This document shows positions 9,224 through 16,613 of a stretch of 20,000 bases of DNA, piece after piece. The stretch comes from an uncultured bacterium (lineage in GTDB: Bacteria; UBP4; UBA4092), in the NCBI GenBank assembly GCA_964644695.1, contig CAZXWN010000014.1:52239-72238 (forward strand). Reading direction: 5' to 3'. The notes beneath the pieces are model-generated. The model ran no database searches, was not told the origin of the DNA, and saw only the letters and a list, made by a program, of their open reading frames with translations. A program made the position numbers and the translations under genes. The stretch's first letter is position 1, and each line of letters starts with the position of its first letter.

Positions 9224-9357
9224 GCATCACCTCTCCCATCATATTAATACAAAATATTGATAATTCAAGTATTTATTTATATACAAATAGGGTATCTCTG
9301 TTTATTTTTACGATTGATAACCTCCACTTTCAATTCCCCTTGACACCCCCTATTGAT

Positions 9358-9445
9358 TCCGTCTCCTGCAACGAAGAAGACACGGAGCAGGTGGGAGGAG
9401 GTCCGTGGATGATTCGTTGAGAAAATAACGTGTAATACCTCCGCC
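9358..9445. ncRNA. Candidate structured RNA element (hairpin with k-turn-like internal loop), unassigned
   Basis: CAACGAA (9369-9375) pairs with TTCGTTG (9413-9419) and CACGGA (9381-9386) with TCCGTG (9402-9407), around a GAAGA/GATGA internal loop. GC-rich patch in an AT-rich intergenic region. Confidence 0.3.
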
Positions 9446-9447
9446 AT
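9438..9447 (+). repeat. 10-bp direct repeat of the tRNA-Ser 3' end (CCTCCGCCAT), candidate attR remnant
   Basis: Identical to 2669-2678 (last 9 nt of the tRNA plus 1 flanking nt). Confidence 0.45.
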
Positions 9448-9522
9448 AACAAATAATCAACCGGACAAAAGGGGAGGAATAGTTCGAATTTATAGGGTTA
9501 TTAATGTTAAAATATCCCCATC

Positions 9523-11352
9523 ATGCCGAAAAAATCATTTATTGAAACATTAAACTCCACCATCCTTGTCTGTGACGGGGCCATGGGAACCATGCTCTAT
9601 GAAAAAGGGTTCTACATCAACCGGAATTATGACGAGGTCAATCTGACCGACCCCATCGTTGTGGAAAAAATCCACGAGGCTTATGTCAAGGCCGGTGCAG
9701 AGATCCTGGAAACAAACACCTTTGGTGCCAATCGAATCAAACTCACTGGATATGGAATTGAATCCAAATGCCGGGACATCAATCTGGCGGGTGCTAAAAT
9801 CGCCCGAAAAGCTGCCGGCGAAGACATCTTTGTGGCAGGCTCGATGGGTCCTATTGGAAAATCCGTAGGTGAAAATCAGGATGTCAGTCCCACCGATGCC
9901 CGGGAAGCCTTTAAGGAACAGGCGGGCTATCTGGCTGAGGGCGGTGTGGACCTGATCATGCTGGAAACTTTCACCGACTTAAAAGAACTGATTCTGGCCA
10001 TTGAATCCATTCAGGAAGTAACCACTCTTCCAATCATTGCCCAGATGTCTTATACCGAAGAAGGAAAGACCGCCAAGGGTTATACTCCCGAAGGCGTAGC
10101 TTTAGCCTTACAGCCTTATAAGCTGGCTGCCATCGGTGTCAATTGCAGTACCGGTCCCGCCGTAGCTCTGGATATTCTTCAACGGCTGGCCTGTGTTTAT
10201 CAAGGCAAACTCACCGTACAACCTAACGCCGGTTCTCCCCACATGGTGGATGGCCGGATGTTATATATGGCCTCCCCCACTTATTATGCGGAATTTGCCC
10301 GTAAATTCATCAACGCCGGTGCGGTGTTGATTGGTGGATGCTGCGGTTCTACTCCTGACCATATCTTTGAAGTTAAAAACATGGTCAAGATGCTGCGACA
10401 TGGGAACATGGAAGAAGATGCCCTGGACATTAAAGTACAGGACCAGATTCTCTCAACACCGGCAGCTAAACCCGAAGAAAAATCTAAACTGGGTGCAAAA
10501 CTCGGCAAACAGTTCTGTACCAGTATCGAATTAGATTCACCTCGAGGAACTGACCCCAGTAAAGTCATTGAAAGCGCCAAACTCCTTTATAAAAATGGCG
10601 TTGATGCCATCAATGTCGCTGACGGTCCCAGAGCATCAGCCCGAATGCACAACATCCCCATGTGTGAATTGATTCAACAGCAAGTCGGGATTGAAACCAT
10701 CCTGCATGTCTGTTGCCGCGACCGTAATTTGATTGCCCTTCAATCCGACTTGATTGGTGCCTACGCCCTGGGTATCAACAATCTCTGTATTATCACCGGT
10801 GACCCACCGAAACTTGGAGATTACCCGAACTGTACCGCAGTTTATGATGTGGACTCCATCGGGTTGACCCGTGCAGTCAATCTTCTGAATCATGGTATGG
10901 ACCTGGCTGGAAATGCCATTAAACCGCCCACCAAATTATTGATTGGTGTGGGTGCTGATCCGGGAGCCGTTGATTTTGAAAAAGAACTCGCCCGTTATGA
11001 GCAGAAGGTAGAAGCCGGTGCCGAATATGTCATGACCCAACCCGTCTATGATATTCGTAAACTGGAAAACTTCCTGAATCGGACTCACCATTGCCGAATC
11101 CCTGTCATGATTGGAATCATCCCGCTTCGTAGTTATAAAAATGCGGAGTTCCTCCACAATGAAGTGCCGGGCATGCAAATCCCGGAACAGATTCGGGAAC
11201 GGATGCGGCTCGCAGGTGAGAATGGCGCCATGGAAGGCATCAAGATTGCGCAGGAAGCCCTTAAAGAAGCCAGTAAGATGGTGGCAGGTGTGTATCTCAT
11301 GCCTCCATTCAACCGGGCTGACCTTGCTCTTGAAGTCCTTCAAGTCCTTTAA
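9523..11352 (+). CDS. yitJ: Bifunctional homocysteine S-methyltransferase / 5,10-methylenetetrahydrofolate reductase (YitJ/SamT-like)
   Basis: N-terminal HMT domain: CDGAMGTML, GAEILETNTFGAN, GVNCSTGP, QPNAG, Zn-binding IGGCCGSTP. C-terminal MTHFR domain: ELDSPRG, INVADGPRA, HVCCRDRN, ITGDPP, MTQPVYD, HNEVPG, YLMPPF. Confidence 0.93.
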   Translation: MPKKSFIETLNSTILVCDGAMGTMLYEKGFYINRNYDEVNLTDPIVVEKIHEAYVKAGAEILETNTFGANRIKLTGYGIESKCRDINLAGAKIARKAAGEDIFVAGSMGPIGKSVGENQDVSPTDAREAFKEQAGYLAEGGVDLIMLETFTDLKELILAIESIQEVTTLPIIAQMSYTEEGKTAKGYTPEGVALALQPYKLAAIGVNCSTGPAVALDILQRLACVYQGKLTVQPNAGSPHMVDGRMLYMASPTYYAEFARKFINAGAVLIGGCCGSTPDHIFEVKNMVKMLRHGNMEEDALDIKVQDQILSTPAAKPEEKSKLGAKLGKQFCTSIELDSPRGTDPSKVIESAKLLYKNGVDAINVADGPRASARMHNIPMCELIQQQVGIETILHVCCRDRNLIALQSDLIGAYALGINNLCIITGDPPKLGDYPNCTAVYDVDSIGLTRAVNLLNHGMDLAGNAIKPPTKLLIGVGADPGAVDFEKELARYEQKVEAGAEYVMTQPVYDIRKLENFLNRTHHCRIPVMIGIIPLRSYKNAEFLHNEVPGMQIPEQIRERMRLAGENGAMEGIKIAQEALKEASKMVAGVYLMPPFNRADLALEVLQVL

Positions 11353-11379
11353 ATCACAAAAGACAATTACAGATAAAAC

Positions 11380-11418
11380 AAAAAAGAAGCCGGTGTTCAA
11401 TCATCGGCTTCTTTCTTT
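11380..11418. terminator. Bidirectional intrinsic terminator
   Basis: Stem AAAGAAGCCGGTG / CATCGGCTTCTTT with an A-tract on the left and a T-rich tail on the right, between convergent genes. Confidence 0.85.
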
Positions 11419-11440
11419 ATTTACATCAAAACACAACAAC

Positions 11441-12199
11441 CTATTTTTTCCACAGTTTCAATTCCTGTTTCAACAGGAGTGAACCTCCATCATTCCCACT
11501 TAGTTCCAGTTTCCAGGGATTTTCAGACAGGGAAGGCACCATAGTCGTATCTGTATTGTGAGTTTTGAATTCCATATTCAAAGTTGATTTATCCGGCATC
11601 GGCTCATTAAGCTTAGAAGCCTCTTCCAGATAATCACTGGCACGGGTTCCCACTTCACTGAGGAATTCAGGGTCCATGATTTTCCGGACATCCATGGATA
11701 ATCCCGAACCTGTTGTATAGTTTCCGGGGAGACTGGGAATATTCATCGTTCCCGTCCGATGATAAATCGGGTCTTCAGGAAATACCCCTTCCAGATAAAC
11801 GGGAGTTTCTCCGATAGTGATATAAAAGACACCCGGTGATGAGGGTAATAATTCTTTGGTCTCGCCGGATGGGTCCGTGTACCTCAAAGTTCTTGAGGGT
11901 GACTGTATCCCTACCCAAACCTTCCGTTTCACAACACTCCAGGCGACCAACATATCCCGGTCTCCAGACCGAAACCGTTCCAGCCGAATAGGTCCGGCAG
12001 CTGAAAGAGTCGTGACATGAGAAAATCCTTTGGTAATCTGAGGGGAAAAGGTCACAGGATTGATTTTAGACCCGGATAGTTTTGATGCAGGAGAGGGAGG
12101 AGAGGTTCGCGTCACAGGCTTTCCCTGAGTCAGACCCGGAAAAAGACATATCCCAACCACCCATAAACATACTGTTATCACCCGAATATCTTGTTTCAT
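11441..12199 (-). CDS. Secreted hypothetical protein
   Basis: SD GAGGA before the ATG at 12199 (ORF track extends to 12310). Signal-peptide-like MKQDIRVITVCLWVVGICLFPGLTQG, a Pro/Ser linker and a beta-rich core. Confidence 0.7.
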   Translation of the reverse strand: MKQDIRVITVCLWVVGICLFPGLTQGKPVTRTSPPSPASKLSGSKINPVTFSPQITKGFSHVTTLSAAGPIRLERFRSGDRDMLVAWSVVKRKVWVGIQSPSRTLRYTDPSGETKELLPSSPGVFYITIGETPVYLEGVFPEDPIYHRTGTMNIPSLPGNYTTGSGLSMDVRKIMDPEFLSEVGTRASDYLEEASKLNEPMPDKSTLNMEFKTHNTDTTMVPSLSENPWKLELSGNDGGSLLLKQELKLWKK

Positions 12200-12365
12200 T
12201 GTCCAATCCTCAACAGACTTATTATCTTTTAATAGATACCACAATGCAGAGATAAATAGATGACCATCGCTTCCCATAGAGCTTACTACAAACAGGGAAT
12301 TATGTCTCATTTCGTTGACACATATCTAAAACCCATTTCAAAGAAGGAGGGAATATCGCACAAAT

Positions 12366-12394
12366 AAAAAAGGCCGGTTCATTACACCGGCCTT
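12366..12394 (-). terminator. Intrinsic terminator of the DUF362 gene
   Basis: Perfect 9-bp stem AAGGCCGGT/ACCGGCCTT running into a U-tract on the minus strand, about 25 nt after the stop codon. Confidence 0.85.
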
Positions 12395-12419
12395 ATGAAT
12401 ATCCAGTAATATTTATGGC

Positions 12420-13511
12420 TTACTTTCCGTAGTCCTGGAACATCTTACCCCACGGAGTATTGAGTGCATGCTTTTTCTGAATGGGTTTTCCTTTTAACGG
12501 CCACCAGATGTAGTCATGATAGAAAAAGGAACCAAAGATGAAACCATATACCAGGGGAGTATGGAAAAACAGATGCTGAAGTTTTTTCAGTGGCCCAAAC
12601 CAGATAATGTCTCCCACTTTAGAAGCCATATTATCCCCGACCGGGAAATGGAAGTTAACATTTGAGATGTCCTCACCCACAATTTCAATCTCACTCATTA
12701 TCCCCGTACCCAGGCCGTCCTCTGTTGCCATCCGAATATAGGGAATAGTCATAGGGTCAAATCCCATCATCTTGGCCGCCACGGCATCAATAGCCACGGA
12801 ATCAGACGATGCCAGCATGTAGTCTTTCTGAACCGGGATCATCGTTCGAGGTCCCGGACCGCTGCCACATAAAGTCCCATCCATGACCGCAAATATCCCG
12901 GAATGGATTTCCTTCTGAATAGCCAGTAAATCCACCAGAGTCTCATGAATCCAGGTATGGGTATAATGCCGTTTCGTATTTAACAACCCCCCAAAAGCAT
13001 TTTTCATCGCTCCGGTCGTTGTTGTGTAAATGTGGGTTTTCACCGTGGGGAGATGAACGATATTCTTATTGAGAAAATATTTAGGGATCCGGATATGATG
13101 GTGGAATACTTTATCCAAAGCCCTCATTCGAGCTTTAGGATGATATTCCATCCATTCAATATGGTCAGGGTTAAAGTTATAGAGTTCAGGGATATCATAT
13201 TTCTTATACAGCGGAGTGAGTTTATTCATATCTCCGCCCTTGAAGGGATTAGTAACGACCGTATTATTATGAACCGTGGATAAATCCATAAACCCACAGT
13301 CTTTCAATCCTTTGATAGTACCTTCCAGTTGCCAGGGCGTAGTGTTTGCTGAAAGATAAGGGAAATGCCACGAAATATTGTCTTTTAAAATCGTGGTCTT
13401 TGTTTTATCCAAGGCGGTTTCAATACCCGCTGATTTCATCATCATCGGGATATCTGTTAATACTGTTTCAGGTTTGGTTTTAATAACCGTCACTACTGAT
13501 TTTTTTGACAT
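12420..13511 (-). CDS. DUF362 domain-containing protein
   Basis: ILKDNISWH, NTTPWQLEG, VHLPTVKTH...TGAMKNAFG, AVMDG...GPGP and LASSDSVAIDAVAAKMMGFDP motifs. The SD AAGGA favours the ATG at 13511 (alternative 13517). Confidence 0.85.
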   Translation of the reverse strand: MSKKSVVTVIKTKPETVLTDIPMMMKSAGIETALDKTKTTILKDNISWHFPYLSANTTPWQLEGTIKGLKDCGFMDLSTVHNNTVVTNPFKGGDMNKLTPLYKKYDIPELYNFNPDHIEWMEYHPKARMRALDKVFHHHIRIPKYFLNKNIVHLPTVKTHIYTTTTGAMKNAFGGLLNTKRHYTHTWIHETLVDLLAIQKEIHSGIFAVMDGTLCGSGPGPRTMIPVQKDYMLASSDSVAIDAVAAKMMGFDPMTIPYIRMATEDGLGTGIMSEIEIVGEDISNVNFHFPVGDNMASKVGDIIWFGPLKKLQHLFFHTPLVYGFIFGSFFYHDYIWWPLKGKPIQKKHALNTPWGKMFQDYGK

Positions 13512-13701
13512 AATCATTCCTTTACTTAATGGCCCCGAACCTCATTTAAAATATATATGTTTTAAGGGGTGCTGACAACCTGAATTATGGGTGTAATGTG
13601 ATATTTTACTCTAAATTACGGGTTTCCCATACTCATAAATGCTCTTTTCTGGTATAACAATGTAAATAAAAGTTTATTATGAATCTTGATATGAGGTATT
13701 T

Positions 13702-13920
13702 ATGATACTAATTGCAGCCAAATTCTTCCTGCTCTTGTCCTTCTTCTTCTTTTTTATCGGTATGGTAACCCGTTTTCTTGGTTATGGTCAGAATCAGGGA
13801 GCACCCTGGGCCTTCGGCATTACACCGGATGCTTACCTTCGATTTGCCAATACGCTGGTCCTCTATTCTATTGCGTTTGGTATTCTCCAACTGGCGAACT
13901 CGCTGCGGGTAGAATTCTAA
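13702..13920 (+). CDS. Small 2-TM membrane protein, hypothetical
   Basis: SD GAGGT before the ATG; two hydrophobic helices; extended -10-like TGGTATAAC at 13650-13658. Confidence 0.65.
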   Translation: MILIAAKFFLLLSFFFFFIGMVTRFLGYGQNQGAPWAFGITPDAYLRFANTLVLYSIAFGILQLANSLRVEF

Positions 13921-14231
13921 ATCATAGAGAATTACTCTTGATGGACAATTCTCATATCAGCGTCACCTTATAAGACTTGTATTCTCTGTGTTAAAATCAA
14001 TATTTACAATTGATTTCGTTGTTTATGCTGTTTTAGTTCTTTATTCCCTATTGAAATCAAATTTACAGGACACTACCCCATTAATTATGCTTTACGATTA
14101 TCCAATTCAAGAAGTGATGATGCCGGGCAGGACATAAACCCTGCTTTCGGTTCCTATTCGGCTGCGATATTCGCCGTATTCAAATAAACACTTACTCCAA
14201 ACACAATAAAATGATTTCAGGAAGGTTAATT

Positions 14232-15788
14232 ATGAGTAAACCTAAATTCTATATAACAACACCCATATATTATGTAAATGCCGCCCCCCACATCGGGCAC
14301 GCCTATACCAGTATTGCCGTTGATACGGTAGCCCGTCATAAACGGCTGGCGGGATATGATGTGTTTTTTCTGACCGGTGTCGATGAACATGGACAGAAAG
14401 TTCAACTGGCGGCTGAAGAAAAAGGATTATCCCCTCAGGAACATGTCGATGCTCTTCATGTCCCCTTTAAGGAAATTACCCAAAAGCTAAATCTGACTAA
14501 CGATGATTTTATCCGGACCACAGAATCACGACATCAAAAGTCTGTACAGAAGTTATTTACAATCCTGAAAGATAAAGGATTGATTTATAAAGGCGGCTAT
14601 GAAGGATGGTATTGTGTCCCGGATGAGACCTTCTATCCAGAGACCCAGTTAGGGAAAGATCATACCTGTCCAGAGTGCGGACGCCCCGTTCAAAAACTCA
14701 CAGAAGAAACCTTCTTCCTTAAACTTTCGGCTTTCAAGGATTGGTTCTTGAAATATGTAGAGGAAAACCCACAAACCTTACAACCTGAACCGCGTAAAAA
14801 CGAAGTTGTCCAATTTGTAAAAGGTGATTTAAGAGATTTATCCATTACCCGGACAGCTATCAAGTGGGGAATCCCTGTCCCAGATGAATCAAACCATGTG
14901 TTTTATGTCTGGTTTGATGCGCTGGTGAATTACCTGTCCGCATTAGGATTTGCGGATGATGACACAAGATTTAATGAATGGTGGCAGGACCCTAAAACTG
15001 AAATCATTCATGTCGTAGGTAAAGAAATCTTCCGGTTCCATTCCATTATCTGGTTTTCCATGCTCGAAGGGGCTGGATTACGATTACCCAACAAGATCGT
15101 AGGTCATGGATGGTGGACGGCTAATGGAAAGAAGATATCTAAATCTCTGGGGAATGTGGTGGACCCCTTTGCTTTAGCCGAACAATATGGTATTGATGCC
15201 ATCCGTTATTTTGTCCTCCGGGAAGTTCCCTTTGGTTCTGATGGTGATTATTCGGAGAAGGCACTCATTAGTCGGTTTGATTCAGATTTGGCTAATGATT
15301 TAGGCAACCTGCTTTATCGTTCTCTCAGCATGCTGGAAAAGTATTTTGAAGGAGTTATTCCTCCCAAACCTGAGGGAGAGCCTGAATTGCCCGTAGCCGA
15401 TTCCATTAAAGAAGCCAGAGAGGCATACGACAATCTCGCGTTTAATGTCGCTTTATCCAAGGCTTGGGATCCTATTAAGACTTGTAACAAATATATCGAT
15501 CAATCGGCACCCTGGTCTCATTTCAAACAGGGTGATACAAAACGGGTCGGAGATATTCTCTATACAGCTCTGGAAACACTCCGAACTGCCGCGGTCCTCA
15601 TCTATCCAACAATGCCTGAGACTGCAGCCAAAATCTGGTATCAACTAGGTATTGATGAAGACATCCAAAAGACAGGCTACGCATCGATTGAAACCTGGGG
15701 TGGATTACCCACAGGTGTGAAGACCAGGCGTGGAGAACCTCTGTTTCCCCGGATACAAACCAAGGACGATACAGGCAAGAAAAAATAA
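14232..15788 (+). CDS. metG: Methionine--tRNA ligase, short form without the C-terminal tRNA-binding (Trbp111/EMAP) domain
   Basis: FYITTPIYYVN, HIGH, FLTGVDEHGQK, single knuckle CVPD...CPEC, YVWFDAL, KISKS (KMSKS variant), DLANDLGNL. The SD AGGAAGG favours the ATG at 14232 (ORF track 14211). Confidence 0.97.
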   Translation: MSKPKFYITTPIYYVNAAPHIGHAYTSIAVDTVARHKRLAGYDVFFLTGVDEHGQKVQLAAEEKGLSPQEHVDALHVPFKEITQKLNLTNDDFIRTTESRHQKSVQKLFTILKDKGLIYKGGYEGWYCVPDETFYPETQLGKDHTCPECGRPVQKLTEETFFLKLSAFKDWFLKYVEENPQTLQPEPRKNEVVQFVKGDLRDLSITRTAIKWGIPVPDESNHVFYVWFDALVNYLSALGFADDDTRFNEWWQDPKTEIIHVVGKEIFRFHSIIWFSMLEGAGLRLPNKIVGHGWWTANGKKISKSLGNVVDPFALAEQYGIDAIRYFVLREVPFGSDGDYSEKALISRFDSDLANDLGNLLYRSLSMLEKYFEGVIPPKPEGEPELPVADSIKEAREAYDNLAFNVALSKAWDPIKTCNKYIDQSAPWSHFKQGDTKRVGDILYTALETLRTAAVLIYPTMPETAAKIWYQLGIDEDIQKTGYASIETWGGLPTGVKTRRGEPLFPRIQTKDDTGKKK

Positions 15789-15802
15789 TCCGATTTAATG
15801 CT

Positions 15803-15848
15803 AAAAGAAAAAGCGGTTGAGATTAACCCTCTCAACCGCTTTCTTATT
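15803..15848. terminator. Bidirectional intrinsic terminator
   Basis: 13-bp perfect stem AAAGCGGTTGAGA/TCTCAACCGCTTT between convergent metG and the pilin-like gene. Confidence 0.88.
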
Positions 15849-15858
15849 ACAATCTTAT

Positions 15859-16503
15859 CTAGGGTCCAACCCGAGTCACCATACCATTACTAATCGTTCC
15901 ATTGGTGGGGTCGTATTCATAATTCGGGTGTCCCATCTGCCCTTCCCGTATGAAATTGGTTCCTCCCCAATACCGTTTCCTGCCAGGACCATAACCCGCC
16001 AGTCGCCACACCGCTGAAGGATATTCATATACCCAGCCTGGTTTTGGGAATACACCAGTACCATGCAGTCTCAGGATATCAGCTGGTTTATTTGTGTAAT
16101 AGATATATGTATTATTCCCATCATCACTCCAGTCTTGTGCCGAGCGTTCACCACCCGGATTAAAAGGATCTATGGGGAGTGTAGAAATATAAGGAATCGG
16201 TGTTGTTAAAGGAATCAGTCGAATATTATAAGCAGATAAAAAATCAGGGGTATTATTCCCAATATTAGGCTGCCCATCAGTGGGCGGTGGAACCAGGACA
16301 AAACCGTTTGGATAATCCCCATTATCGACACAGTATGCCTCTAAAGCTGTAGCAAGAGTCTGAAGCTGCCCCTTTGTTTTGCTTATCTTTGCCCTGACCT
16401 GTGCGTTAAGAAAATTAGGTATTGCAATAGCTGCCAGTGTCGCGATAATGGCTACCACAATAAGCAATTCAATTAATGTAAATCCTTTTCGTATTGTCTT
16501 CAT
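15859..16503 (-). CDS. Prepilin-type N-terminal cleavage/methylation domain protein (type IV pilin / GspG-like pseudopilin)
   Basis: RKG|FTLIELLIVVAIIATLAAIAIPNF class III signal with E5; GspG-like helix ALEAYCVDNGDYP; LTTPIPYISTLPIDPF and C-terminal YDPTNGTISNG. Confidence 0.9.
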   Translation of the reverse strand: MKTIRKGFTLIELLIVVAIIATLAAIAIPNFLNAQVRAKISKTKGQLQTLATALEAYCVDNGDYPNGFVLVPPPTDGQPNIGNNTPDFLSAYNIRLIPLTTPIPYISTLPIDPFNPGGERSAQDWSDDGNNTYIYYTNKPADILRLHGTGVFPKPGWVYEYPSAVWRLAGYGPGRKRYWGGTNFIREGQMGHPNYEYDPTNGTISNGMVTRVGP

Positions 16504-16613
16504 CGGCTTTCCCTCATATTGTCAATATAAACAGAATACCCATCCTTCTGTCTCATGTCAATAATAGTTAAACTGATATTTGGATAGTTTCTCCAATTCA
16601 ATTAAAATGAATT

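Noticed and set aside
9340..9345. TTGACA as a -35 box
   Set aside because: No -10 hexamer at 16-18 bp spacing.
9321..9480. SAM-I, c-di-GMP-II, T-box or 6S RNA assignment
   Set aside because: The diagnostic conserved sequences are absent, and the arms between the terminal and apical stems do not pair as in 6S RNA. Kept only as an unassigned candidate.
13921..14231. T-box or S-box leader for metG
   Set aside because: No GGTGGNACCGCG T-box, terminator/antiterminator or SAM-I motifs.
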